Positions 23,591 through 36,830 of a DNA stretch of 64,000 bases are shown here, piece after piece. The notes under the pieces were generated by a model. The model saw nothing but the letters and a program-made list of their open reading frames with translations, had not been told where the DNA came from and made no database searches. The DNA lies in NCBI RefSeq assembly GCF_018350175.1, contig NC_058375.1, positions 139,438,001-139,502,000 on the forward strand, read 5' to 3'. Position 1 is the first letter of the stretch, and each line of letters opens with the position of its first letter. The stretch comes from Felis catus. Lineage: Eukaryota. The position numbers and the translations under genes are program-made.

Positions 23591-24955
23591 AAAAAGCATC
23601 TGGTCATGGAGAAATGGTGCCACAACTGAGAACATCCCATGAGTGTGCCACGGGAATGAAGAGGCCACTGCACGTACAAGGAATTCAATTTATCTTTACT
23701 TTGAACGGCTTTAATTTTGCAAATAATCCATTGTTAATGACAACCTAAAAGTTAAACATAAAATAAAACCAACTGAAATTTAGAGTCAATGACAATTAAA
23801 CTTCTACTGCAGATCCTTTGAAATTTTGTGGCATACAAATATCTTCACCCTTAATTAACTTAGATTGTTTTCTGCTGTGTGAGGTAGGAATTCCTTTCAG
23901 TGTAAGGTAAGTAGTGGACTCTGCGCCTTCGACCAGGATTGAATCCTATTCTCCAGGAATCCATGGAGTTGGGAGGAATGACCTAGTGGATGCCTGAGGG
24001 GGTGTGGTTTTGAGAACAGGAAATCCAAAATGGCGACCCCAACCTCCAGGCAAAAAGACAAGCCTGTCAGCCTATGGAAGAGGAAAACAGGGAAATCGGG
24101 AGGGCTGTACTTAAAACTTTGATCCTGTAGCAAGTTGATTTAATCACAAGAGTTACAGGTGTGAAACCTACACCAGTTATCAAATGTGTACATAGAGCTG
24201 CTGTACCAGATTATATTCCACTGTGTAAAAGAGATAACTAGACTTTCCCTGGGAAACAAGGGGAGCTCGCGGTAGAGAACCTCTGGGTGTGGCTCGTGCA
24301 AACCCCTAAGCCCTCCCTCATTGGGCCCCAACCTACCAGTAAAAACTGCTTACATTTGTATAGATTTTTGTGGTTTATATATCATTTTCACACATTTTGC
24401 TATATTTTATATCTACAATAACCTTGTAGATATTTTGCCATCTGCAACAACAAAAACTGAGGATGAGAGAAACTGAGTACATTGACCAAATAGCCATTAA
24501 TAGGCAGGACCAAGATTGAAAGCTTTGCTGATGTTTCCTAGACCTTTTCACTCACCATGTTTCATTCTTCAGGTGCCTGATCCCGGAACGCATCCTATCC
24601 TTTTCTCCTTCATGTCTTTGCCACACATTTCTTTCTGCCAGGAACGTACTTCTTGCCCCTTTTCCACGTGTTCACGTATTTTTCAAAGCTCTGATAATAT
24701 TTCCCCCTTAAACTTCCTCTGTCATAATGCCCAGCCAATCAGCCAGAAGTAATTTCTCCATGGTTGCTCTTCCCATAGACTTTTTTGTGGGGTTTCTGTA
24801 AGATACCTAGCACTTCTTGTGTTTCACCATAGTTAACTGTGTACAGGCTTTGTCTGCTCTACCAAGCAGTAGGCACCTGGGGCAGATACTGTCTCATCTT
24901 TGAATCATCACAGCCTTTCCACTTAGTAGAAAGCCTTACTTAGTAAGAAAGTAGA

Positions 24956-25173
24956 GAGGCGCCTGGGTGGCTCAGTCGGTTGAGCGTCCACCTTTGGCTC
25001 GGGTCATAATCTCGTGGTCTGTGAGTTCGAGCCCCACGTCGGGCTCTGTGCTGACAACTCAGAGCCTGGAGCCTGCTTAGGATTCTGTGTCTCCCTCTCT
25101 GCCCCTCCCCTGTTCATGCTCTGTCTCTGTCTCTCTCAAAAATAAATAAACATTAAAAAATTAAAAAAAAAAA
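24956..25173 (+). mobile_element. Can-SINE
   Basis: TSD aagaaagtaga 24945-24955/25174-25184. Confidence 0.96.
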
Positions 25174-25439
25174 AAGAAAGTAGACAGCAGAGTTTGCATT
25201 ACTGAATATTTGAATGAATCAATGAAGTGAAAAAAGTAAAAGTCCCAAAGTATGATCTTTGGAAAAGAAATTGTTTTCTAGTACTTCCTTCCCTCCCCCA
25301 AGTCCCCTCTTTATTCCAGAGCTGAGAACAGAAACATACTCTAGAAAAGTTCAAAGATCCCCAGTCAGTGTACCTTCCGTTTAATTTTTATGGGTGGGGG
25401 GGGTCACCCAATTACTTACACAAAGTCAGCCAGGCATAG

Positions 25440-25600
25440 AGCATTCAACTTGGGTCAAGATATATGGTAAACCAGTTTTATAAGATGAAAAGTTCTGAAG
25501 ACCAGTTGCACAGCAATGTGATTGTACCAAACAATTAAAGATGGTTAAGATGATAAATTTGAAATTAAAAAACCACAATTAAAAATGAAAAATTGAAACA
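25440..25600 (+). mobile_element. L1MA/MB-like 3' end
   Basis: agatgaaaagttctgaagaccagttgcacagcaatgtga...aagatggttaagatgataaattt then A-rich tail. Confidence 0.7.
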
Positions 25601-25980
25601 AAAAAAATATAGAACTCTACGAAATCCAAGGAAATTTCAGGCTGTTGTTAATTTTTTAATTGACTTCTCTGTCTGGATAGATGGTAAAAGTTGGATACTA
25701 ATGTTCTTATTAATGTGGTTAATTGAGTAAAAGGAGGTAATATGTGCCTTACAGATGCTGAATAGCTCTCTACTCAATAGCACTTAATTTATCACCAACA
25801 CTAGGTACAGGATAGAAGAGGAAAGGTATATTTATGTCCTGTGAGGGATGGGAGGAAACATTTTAAGCTTTGTGACTTAAAATAAAATGCAAGGTGAGTG
25901 GTGCAAAGAACATGGGTCAATAATATGGACTTTTATTTAATGCAGACTTTTTAAAAATGTATTTAATATGGACTTTTTAA

Positions 25981-26193
25981 ATTTTTTTTTTTAACGTTTA
26001 CTTATTTTTGAGACAGGAGAGACAGAGCATGAACGGGGGAGGGGCAGAGAGAGAGGGAGACACAGAACCGGAAACAGGCTCCAGGCTCTGAGCCATCAGC
26101 CCAGAGCCCGATGCGGGGCTCGAACTCACGGACCGCGAGATCGTGACCTGGCTGAAGTCGGACGCTTAACCGACTGCGCCACCCAGGCGCCCC
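25981..26193 (-). mobile_element. Very young felid Can-SINE
   Basis: CpGs largely intact; variant motifs gactgcgccacc, agccatcagccc, gatcgtgacctggctg; TSD taatatggactttttaa/taatatggagtttttaa. Confidence 0.97.
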
Positions 26194-26210
26194 TAATATG
26201 GAGTTTTTAA

Positions 26211-26377
26211 AAAGAAGTTTATGTATTTTGAGAGAGAGAGAGAGGTGGGGGAGAGGCAAAAAGAGAGGGAGAGAGAAAATCCCAAGCAGGCTCTGTGTTG
26301 GATCTCATGAACCGTGAGGTCATGACCGGAGCCGATATCGAGTTGGATGCTTAACTGACTGATCCAGCCAGTACCCC
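26211..26377 (-). mobile_element. Older Can-SINE with internal deletion
   Basis: GA tract then catgaaccgtgaggtcatgacc...gcttaactgactga. Confidence 0.88.
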
Positions 26378-27151
26378 AATAATATGGACTTTTAAAGATT
26401 GTTATGGAATTAAATGGAGGGCAATGGCTATGTCTTTCTTGCTCACCATTCCATTCTCAGCTCCTAGGTTAGGTATAGATGGGATTCAATAGTTATGTAT
26501 GAAACAAACTAAAAGTGTCTAGTATAGTACCTGGTAAATGATATTGTTCCATAAGTGTTAGTCCTCCCTCTCCCTCCTCCCTCCCTGCTGCTCCCCATCT
26601 CTTCTTCTGGGGAATATTACCATAAAGGCTGATACTTTGTGTCCGAGAGGAAAGATTTTGTATCCTAAGAACTCATATGAGTTAATTCTGTATTATATTC
26701 TTATCTCTTTTATAAGTGTTGAGAAAAAATTAAAAGTACTCTAAATATGAGTTGTGGTAATAATAAACCCACTCTTTGAATCCATTCAAATTGTTTAATT
26801 TTAAAAAAGCTTTCTAGTAGTTACTTTAAAAGATAACCATGATAAAAATATATCATTAATAATAAGGAAATTTAAGAAGCCAGTAGTTTAATTGAAAACA
26901 TTAACCTCTTTTTAAGTTTGTATTTTACCACTCAGACTACCTTTGATTTTATTCTAACAAAAACAGTAGGAAATTTGTCAGCCATGTAAGTTTGACTCTA
27001 GATAAGATACTGCTAGTTTTAATTTTTTTTAAGGACAAAATAATCACTTCTTCTGATTGCTAAAAACATTGCTATAATTTACACCTAGCCTCATTTATCT
27101 TGAAGCATCACAGAAGAGGAATCATACTTCTTTTTATTCTGTATAGTTTTA

Positions 27152-27164
27152 CATTTTACTTATT

Positions 27165-27198
<34 letters not shown>

Positions 27199-27374
27199 TG
27201 TGTGTGTGCACAAGTGAGGGGAGGGGCAGAGAGAAAGGGAGACCAGAATCCGAAGCAGGCTCCAGGCTCTGAGCTGTCAGCACAGAGCCCGACACGGGGC
27301 TGGAACCCACGAACCATGAGATCATGATCTGAACCGAAGCCAGCTGGTTAACCGACTGTGCCCCCCAGGCATCC
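27152..27374 (-). mobile_element. Can-SINE with (GA)n(GT)n
   Basis: Perfect TSD ctgtatagtttta 27139-27151/27375-27387. Confidence 0.95.
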
Positions 27375-30300
27375 CTGTATAGTTTTAGAACTAAATGAAC
27401 ATTACAGATGCACCCTCACTTTACAGCAAGGACGATGAGACTGGAGAGGGTGCATGACTTATCCAAGGTCCCAGGTTAGCTAGTGTCAGGGCCAGATGTG
27501 GGTACCAGCTGCCTGTGTCCTGGATTGGGGCTTTTCAAACGATATTGCTTCTCTCGTGTTCGATAAAAAGTCCACGGAAGAAATAAACAAAACCAGACAA
27601 CCAGTAAATAGGTGGAGAATGGGGGTGGAGGACAGAGGAAAGGGAAGACCACAAATACAGGAGCCTCATATACAAAGACCACTGGTGAGAAATTCAGACA
27701 GTAGTTGCTCCAATCCCAGGTTTGCTGTAAGTATTTTAAATGCAGCATCTTCTAGTAGGTAGAAGCAAATACGGGCAATCGCAGGCTCAGTCCAAGATCT
27801 CTGCCTATCTTCTCCTGGCTCCTGGTGACCTCCCTCTATTAAGCATGACTGTAGAAAAGTAGGTGGCCATGATCTTTGTTCTACAATTAAAGGGGTGCGG
27901 GGGAGAGCATCGAGACATTATATCATTTTGGAACAGGCCTGAGGCTTATGAAATTGGCAGTATTTTCTTTCTTCTCTTTTCCTCATGACCCTCCAACTAA
28001 CCTCTCCAACCCTGTCCACACCTAGAGAAAAAAAAAAAAAAAGAAAAAATTAAGGGAAGAGGATAGAGATAAGGCAAGAAAAGACAAGCGAACGGGGAGG
28101 AGACATAGGGACAGCAAAAGGAAAATGAAAATTAGAGAAAAGATGAGGAAGGAAAGAGAAGCAAAGGGATGTAGCTATATAAAATACTCTGATGCAGAAT
28201 CACCTGGCATATTTGTTAAATGTACATTTCTGGGCCACATTCCAGATCAGTCAAATTGGAATCTTTGGGAGTAGAATCATTTAAAAGCAAATGAAAAGCT
28301 TTTTGATAAAATAATTACTCTTCTTTTTGTTAATTTGATTTCAGATTTTGTTATTTTGATTTCAAATCTGCAAATTCATTTACTTCTTTAAAGCTTGCAA
28401 AAAAGAAGCATTCCATTTATTTGCCTAAAAAGCTTTTCTTTTTTTGTTCTGCACAACTATTGATAACATTGCTTTACACAAAGAAGTTGGTGTATTTTCA
28501 CGTATATCAAAGCAGCTCAGAGACACAAGCACCTTCCTTCAAAAGGATGTGCTCTAACAAAAGTAGCAGGATAATGTCAAAGGCATCCTCTTCTGATGGA
28601 GGCACTGGTGGTGTGGGTGCAGGAAAATCCACACTCCACATAAGACAGTGTGCTCCTTGCCTTTTCCCTCGGGCCCGTTTGTCATGATGTTTTCTAAATT
28701 ACAGATCTTTGGTTCATCATTAAGCTTTTGCTTATTAACACTTGGCTAAAGTCAGAATCTTGCCCACCATCTTAGCAGTCCCATTGGAAAGTCCTCTCAC
28801 ATGTTGTCTGCAAGGCCAAATCTATTTCCACTGGATCCGTGGTCAGCTCTCCATATAGCAGAAACTGCTGTGCTAAACAACCTTTGCAGGGTGTCTATTC
28901 TTGAGTGTATATTGCAGTTAGCTATTATATGACATACCTCCATCAGAGTGTTTCTTCAGGGATAGTGGATGCAGTTCGGATACATGCAAATTGGCTTGGC
29001 GTATCAGTCATGGCCATGTTAGGAATCCANNNNNNNNNNNNNNNNNNNNNNNNNNNNNNNNNNNNNNNNNNNNNNNNNNNNNNNNNNNNNNNNNNNNNNN
29101 NNNNNNNNNNNNNNNNNNNNNNNNNNNNNNNNNNNNNNNNNNNNNNNNNNNNNNNNNNNNNNNNNNNNNNNNNNNNNNNNNNNNNNNNNNNNNNNNNNNN
29201 NNNNNNNNNAGAAGTCAATAATTGTGCCTGCTTTGGGCTATTAGCTATACTATTGAGAGCAAGCATCAACTTTCAGGGTGGGAAACAAATCTTTAGTCTG
29301 CAGATGGAAATGAAGTTGACATTCTCAATTCTAAGTATCTTATGGCTATTCCCTCTTTTCTTACTATTTCATATTATTTCAAATTATTTCCAATTAGGAC
29401 AAGGAATCTCTGAAAGTGATGAAATTTGTATAGACTAAGGCTATATAAAATTTAACAAATAAAATCAAGCTTGCATACTCTTTATCTTTTTCAAATAGAA
29501 TGCTTTCAGAGCTGTTTGTAAAGTTGTAAAATTAATAAAGAATAAATATCTTGTCAGGCAACATAGCACTGAGAAGGACGTTTGCTCTTTTTTGGCTGAA
29601 CTCTTAACTGGAAATTTTTCTCATATCTCAAGAATGGGGAAAGGTTAGTAAAACCAAGGCTACCAGTCTCATGCTCTAATATTTTCCTCTAAATTAAATT
29701 GTATCAATGGGTAATAAAGAGGAGAGAAGGTCAGTAGGCAACGGGCCTGGCTTAATATGCACACCAACATACAAACATCCAGATCACTGTGATCCTCCAA
29801 GGTGGAGACTTGGATAAGTTTACAGTATTTGTGGAACTCTTCTTATGGAAAAGCCCACAGAGATAGTTTACAAATCCTGTAGGCGCACCAGGATCACTAC
29901 CTTCTTCCTCTGTGACCAAAAAACCCAAAACCAAACCAAACAAAAAACCCTCAAATGGTTCGCTCACTTTAGTCACCAGGTTTGACTTTAAGAGACGTCT
30001 AGCTTTTTATAAAGCTAAGATGGATGTGTCGAAGGGCACACATTTGGGTGGATGAGTTCTGACAGATTTGTTGGAAACAATCATACAAACATTATCTTCA
30101 AACATCACTTGTAAAATTTTTTGGAAGGCCTCCTATGTTATATTATGACTCCTGCTAATATCCTTTATGATCTCACTTGTGAACCCAGTAGCCTTATTTT
30201 ACAGATGAACATAAACTCAGAGACAAGCTAGCTCATGGATTATGATGGGATTTTTCATAGGTAAGTAGCCCATTTGTTTGTGATTTTGAACAGGAGCTAA

Positions 30301-30860
30301 CTATGTTGCTGTTCAGATGGAAACTTTAACTTCTAAAAATTAGCTTTAGAATGTCCTAAAATAAGAAGAGGGTGGAAGCAAGGGACAGAAGGAGGGAGGA
30401 TGAGAGGTGGGCAGAAATTAGAAGAAAAAGTAGATCCTTCCCCTCAAATCTGTCAAATTAAGGTCATGTGATTCATCTTATCAGAATTATTGAACAGAAC
30501 TCTTGGAAAATGGAAAATAAATTGGGCTTTTCAGAGAGTCAGATTAGGTATTTAGATATAAGTGTGTCTATCCTTAATAAAGATCTTCTCTTTTTTAAGA
30601 ATCTAATGTTACCTCTTTGGCAGGGCCCTATGGCTGTAATGATTTGAATAATAGTTCCATTCCATGGGTGAAACCAAAATAGTGACAGGGAATGAGGTGT
30701 TATTGGGGGTGGGGCTGGGGGAAATGCTCTGTTTAGTTTAGCTCTAAATTTAAAAGGTCAAAGTAAACCATAAGCCAGAGTAGAAACTCAAGGTTTTGTC
30801 TTATATGTGCCACAGCTCTAATCTGAATCATCTCAAGCCATGCAAAAAAAAAAGGCAGAG

Positions 30861-31081
30861 GTAGGTGCCTGGGTGGCTCAGTTGGTTAGGGGTCTGACTT
30901 TGGCTTGGGTCATGATCTCACTATTTGTGAGTTTGAGCCCCCATCAGGCTCTGTGCTAACAGCTCGGAGCCTGGAGCTGCTTCAGATTCTGTCTGCATCT
31001 GTCTGCCCTTCCCCTGCTCATGCTCTGTCTCTCTTTCTCTCTCTCAAACATAAAAAATAAACATAAAAAAAAATTTTTTTT
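30861..31081 (+). mobile_element. Can-SINE
   Basis: TSD aaggcagagg. Confidence 0.94.
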
Positions 31082-32551
31082 AAGGCAGAGGGAAGGGAGG
31101 AAAACACAGTAGTTTTAATGTTGATTAGGCCTATCAATTTGTCAAGCACCGTATTAGCCAATTTATAGCATGTTATCTCACTTATCTCTCATCAGGAGCC
31201 TATGAGACAGGCACATTACATCCAGCTTGCAAATAAAGTCACAGAGGTTAAACAATATAGTAAGGGTCATAGAATACTAGAAACAAGCTTTGTCTCTCTC
31301 CAAAGCCCAAGTATGCTCCACTATCTGACTTTAATTCTTTAAATGATTTTTTAAACCATCTATGTGGAATTATAATCATTTAACCCTACAGAGGTGCTTT
31401 ATGAAGTAAGAACTAAGGATTTCTCTTTACTACCACCTCTTTTCCTGCAATCTCATTTCCCTCACTAGAGGGAATATTTTGGTGGAATATTCCAGACTCA
31501 TCTCTATGCTTAAACTAGGTTTCACACGTTGTTTTCTTTGGGTAACCACTCTGGTACATTTTAAATAGCTGGAGCTATTGCATACATGGGTTGAAACATA
31601 CTATTTAGGCCATTTTATCCCAATGAAATAGAGAGGCAGTAGAAGAAAGGACCAAGACAGTCAGCAGGGCCTTGAAGTAGCAAGCCCTGGACCAAGGTAG
31701 AGTTAGTTGCCCCCAAGCTTAGTGAAAGACATCAGTGTGGGGCTTTCAAACCAACATCTACTTCTGGAATCCCTTTGTTCATGGACTTCCACTAAGCTAA
31801 CCTAAAATGGCAGGTCTAGGTATTCTGTAGGCATGAGCCTGTGTACTAGTGAGGGGAAAGCCCAGTGATCCTGTGAAGGATTGCTGGAGTGGGTAAGCAT
31901 GGAAGATGAGGGACTTAGTACAAAAGTATCCCCTGCATGGCATTGAGTTGAGGAACTGATGTCTTCATTTAAGAGAAGATGCTCTGAAGCTTAGTTTCCT
32001 TCAAGACTAGCCTTGGCACAGCTGCTGGGCTACAAACGCCGCCTATGGTGAGAAGCAGAGATGGGGCTGCTCTGTAAGTAAAGGCACACCGATGTAAGCA
32101 CTGGAAGCAGTCAGAGCTAGAAAACAAAGCTGGCTATTGCTACCCACTAGAGGACAGCCTTCATGTGGATATAGAGTGCAAGAACACCTTTTCTCTGCGT
32201 CCCACCAACCATACCATCTAACCTGAGACAGCAATGCACACCTTGTTTATGCAAAGGCAAAATTACCTCTTGGCCCTGCCAGTGGATACACCCTTAGCTC
32301 ACTGCAAGAGTAGGAGGGACAGCTTTCTATTCAGGCACTGGTCCTTGGTAAGCCTCTTTCTTTCTAAAAGAATGTTAACTGCTATACTGCACAATGCAGT
32401 CATTTAAGGCATAGGTATCTACCCTTAATTGGGCATTTAGAAGGGCCACATTTTAGGCAATTGTAATAGAGCACAGTTTTGAGCTCTCGGCCACACAGTT
32501 TATCAGGAGGCAGTGGAGACAAAAACACTGTTCAGGGAGGATCGCTTGGAG

Positions 32552-32630
32552 GTCATGGAGTTCATTTACACTCTCAGATCTGCATGGGTGATCATAGAGT
32601 CCATTTATACTCCCAGACCTGCATGGGGTG
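32552..32630. repeat. 39-bp tandem duplication
   Basis: gtcatggagttcatttacactctcagatctgcatgggtg / atcatagagtccatttatactcccagacctgcatggggtg. Confidence 0.9.
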
Positions 32631-35234
32631 GGGCTCATGGCATCAGACATCCTAATACCTGCAGAATTGTGCTGGATTGCATATGATGCCATTAGTTGAT
32701 ATGGAGAATCACTATAAGAAACAGCCCTGGGATGCTTCTTTTGTGTCTTCCATAAGGATAGTGTTGAGGTGTCTGTCATACCACCTAGTTGCTCTATTTA
32801 TGAACTCTCAGGTATTCTGGTTAGGACCAGGAACAAGCATAAAGCTCCTGAGCAATCATTTTATCTAATGGACATTGTGAACTGTGAAGCTGACAAGGTT
32901 TCCTATTTTCACATGACTAGGAAATTTCATGTTACCAGGAAATTGAGAGCCCAAATGCTATCCTCACACATTTTAGCTACTCTCAAAAGCCACCTGAAAT
33001 CCCTTCTAAAATAAGGTGAAGGGTGTGGGTGAACCAGTAAATATCTAGGTAATTGGTGTATTTTAGTTCAATGGTTTCTTCCTCTGCCCAAATCACCTTT
33101 AATAGCTGATGAAAGACTAGCAGACCTGTTTTTTAACTTGGAGACTTAAAATTGCTTTCCCTTCTGGCTCCCAACAAGTCATTCTGGAGCTTAGGGGGCT
33201 CTCAGTATGCTAATACCAGAACCTTTCTTAGGAAACAAGCCATTTCGTTCCTGGGAACAACAAAGATAAGATCAATAAGGCGTGGCTGTGACTAAATCAA
33301 TTCACTAATTTTCTTTAATTCAGGACTCCAACTGCATACTTCGTTCACAAATCTGTATTTATAAACATTAGTCCTTTGGTGGCAGGAGAGATTAAAAACA
33401 TAGGTGAGGGGACCCACATTTACATGAGTAACACAAGGTTCCTGACAGGGAACTTCTCTCAGCTAACACTTTGGACCCCAGCTAGCTTGGCACTCTAGGT
33501 CTGCTTCAGTTGTCTGAGATGTGCCAGCACACCAGCGAGACTAAACTGCCTTCACAAGGAGAGAGCAAGCACCTTCCAAGTTACCTTTCAGAGATGCTTG
33601 AGGAGAAAAAAATGTGCTGATACAAGGGGCCAGGGAAGGCCACTGAGATGAATAGATGTTACAGGAGACCTAACCAGACAGGAGATGTGCACCTGGAGCC
33701 CCAAAGCCCCAGGCTCTTCAACTGCCTCCTGAAAATAATATGAAAGGTCCAGCCAGTCCCATAAATGTAATGGTGGTTTCAGCTGAATGGCAGCTATGCT
33801 GAATTTAGCGAAGTGTGGAATTTCTCGAGGGCAAGGTAGCTGAATTGGAAAGGATCCTATTTTACCACCCGTGGCCTTGCTCCATCAATTGTGTTTCCCT
33901 GTTTCAAACTCAGCACTTTTTAAAAAAATAAGGAGGATCATATTCATCACATCGATAGAACCTAGTTCCTCTCAGAAATCAAAAGTCCTGAAATTAAATC
34001 CATGGAGCTTGCTTACTGTTCGAACACAAATAGTTGTCTTAGTGGATTCATCAGCTTTGTCACAAGAACTTTACTGATTTCTGGTATCCCCATCAAAGAG
34101 CTCGAGTGGAGAGCAGCAATCTATTCCCTGTGTGCGGCATTGAGTGTGCTTTCTGGTCAGGGTGGGGTGAGAAATGGGATAGACCGTTTGTGTGATTCAA
34201 AATGGAGTGTCATGGACCCTCTGGAGTTGTATGTTTTCAAATCTGTTTCCTCTAATTACACCTGTTTCATTTTTCCTTGACTAATAAAATAGAGAGCTTT
34301 TGCACTGCTTATTTTTGAGTCTATCTGGATCCTTTGTGGAACTGGGAAGTAAATCATCAGCTTATACACAAGGTGGCACCCTGTGATTCCAACCAGGTCT
34401 GAGAGGAGCAATGCCGCTGAGTGAGCTACAGGCACAAATTTTTATTTAGCATCTTGTTTTCCCACTGTGGCGAATATAAAGGTGGAAGTAGATATTTGGC
34501 CTGTCACCTCTGAGTGCAGTCTCCATCCCTGTTGTCTCAAAGATTCAGTCAAAGGCACTGATTTCAGTTGATTGTAATGAGTGCAGACCCCACATTCAGA
34601 TTACATATGGAAAACAACGAAGCTTTATTGGTACTGGGCTCGTTCCTGGAACATAAGCGGAGGGGAGGGATGCAGTTCACATACCAACCCAATTAACTCT
34701 CAATTGGGTTTTCAGAAATAGGGAGCCAATTAGAAAGAACGTGACATTTACAAAACTCTGAAATAGTTGAATAGCAACTGTGTTTACTAGTTTTAAGGTT
34801 TCTTTCAAAAAGTAATTTGTTCATTATCTGGAAGCTGCCTGCCCTGATTGCAGTACAGGGAAATGGAAATTGGAATATAATCCCAATACTTAACAGCTAT
34901 TTGACCTCTATGCTAATCTAGGCTACATTTAGACAGTAGTTTTAAAACTATTTCTAATTCTTGGGTGTGTATATATTACACTTGCTTGGCTAAATGCATG
35001 CCATTTGGAATTGGTCCAAAGCATATTTGAAGTGGACTGATTAGAGAATAACTGTACTCAGTGCATTGTATGTGGAAATTAAAATAGGCTATTAGGCAGC
35101 ACAATCATTTGAAACAAGTTTTGACAAAAAATTTTATAACAGGATCTACCTCAAAAGTTGGAAAGATATTTTCTGTTTTTAGCTCTAACAAGTATATAGG
35201 CATTTAACAAAGAGATTAGAAATAAACTTTATGA

Positions 35235-35433
35235 GGGGCTCCTGGGTGGTTGCGTGTCTGACTTCAGCTCAGGTCATGATCTCACGGCTTGTGAGTTCTA
35301 GCCCCGCGTTGGGCTCTGTGCTGACAGATCAGAGCCTGGAGCCTCCTTCAGATTCTGTGCCCCTCTCTCGCTCTGCCCCTCCCTTGCTCATGCTCTCTCT
35401 CAAGAATAAATAAAACATTAAAACATTTTTAAA
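35235..35433 (+). mobile_element. Can-SINE with A-box deletion
   Basis: Head reads gggtggttgcgtgtc (no ctcagtcggtt); TSD agaaataaactttatga/agaaacaaactttatga. Confidence 0.92.
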
Positions 35434-36390
35434 AAGAAACAAACTTTATGAAAAATAATATTTGTATTCAAATAAAAGTTACTTTCCAAATATGAAACAG
35501 AGGCGTTCTGATTTGGGCACTGAAGTGGAAGCCAAGAATACACAGGCTGTGTCTCACTCGAAAAGAATATTGTGTTTTCAACCTCAAACTATTTTATTAC
35601 CAGCTCTATAGTCATTGACTACAGGGCAAGAGGATAGTGAAGATTTGGGGAAGAAATCTGTTACATGGTCAATGAAAAAGAAGAATAAAACAATAACTAC
35701 AGCAAAAATCTGTTACTGTAATAGAATTTCAGGTTTCAAAAGAATTTCTTTGAACTGCTTTAATTGGTTCTAAAATTCAGGGTAGGCCATAATAAGAGCA
35801 AATATTGTCAGCAATGGCTAGGTCAAATGACAGGCCAATAGGGTATGTGAACTCCAAGCTGGAATGGATCGGGGTCAGTATCAGTAAATTTCTTCAGGGA
35901 ATATCAGTCTACATGTACATCTTAGGGTCCTGCTACATGTGAGGCACAGAACTAGAGATACAGTGATTAACGGGGCAGATGTTGTTCCTGCTCTCCTCAA
36001 GCCTACTGCATCTTTTAGGCTTTGGGTTATGACTGTATTAGACACTGGTTGGGAGGTCTCAGGACTTTGGAAGAGCAACTTTAGAATGTTGAATGATCAG
36101 TAAACTGAAGAGCTTCGATAGCAGGGTGGCACTGATGAGAAAACGAGAGTTTTGGACTCAGGCTAGACCTGGATTTGAAACCACTTATGTGAATAATTAG
36201 TGTTGAAACTCAGCAAATTATCTGTCTGAGCCTGTTTCCTTATTAGTAAAATTATAACATTTCTCCATAGGGTTATAATGAGAACAAAGTGGAATTTAAT
36301 TAATTGAGATAATGTACTTTTTTAAAGTACTACTGTAGTGCCTGGTATATAATAGATACTGAATATTTCCTTTCTTGAAAGAGAGTAACA

Positions 36391-36830
36391 GGGCACCTGG
36401 GTGGCTCAGACAGTTAAGCCTCTGACTCTTGATTTTGGCTCAGGTCATGATCTCGGGGTTCGTGGGTTGGAGCCCCGCGTCAGACTCGGCGCTGACAGCA
36501 CAGAGCCTGTTTGGGATTCTCTTTCTCCCTCTCTCTGCCCTCACTTGCACATGCACGTTCTCTCTCAAAATAAATATAAACTTAAAAGAAAATTTAAAAA
36601 TGTTCTGCCTTGATAAACAGTTCTAAGCAGCAGTAAAATATAAATTTCATGAATGTTTTGTGTTTCATTTGAGTTGTATTTCAGCTTCCATTATAAACAA
36701 CATGTTCTAATTATTTTCTAAGTATTTTTTAAATTATACAGACTTGTAAAAAAGGAAACTCAAAAAACGTTGGCTCTTCCCTACTCGCACTCTTTTTGTC
36801 TCTCAAAATAAATAAACATTAAAAAAAGAG
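36391..36830 (+). mobile_element. Composite: Can-SINE + 175-nt copied unique sequence + second SINE tail
   Basis: TSD aagagagtaaca 36379-36390 / aagagaataaca 36832-36843 encloses all three parts. Confidence 0.88.
36596..36775 (+). repeat. Direct dispersed duplicate of 41572-41658 + 41848-41936
   Basis: Long shared strings, e.g. cagttctaagcagcagtaaaatataaatttcat, aatgttttgtgtttcatttgagttgtatttc, taagtattttttaaattata. Confidence 0.95.

Noticed and set aside
25919-26393. Spaced short direct repeats suggestive of a CRISPR-like array
   Set aside because: Mammalian DNA; the repeats are TSDs and the spacers are SINEs.
28020-28170. Purine-rich tract (also 37225-37300)
   Set aside because: Low complexity without a clear long mirror repeat; no support for H-DNA or function.
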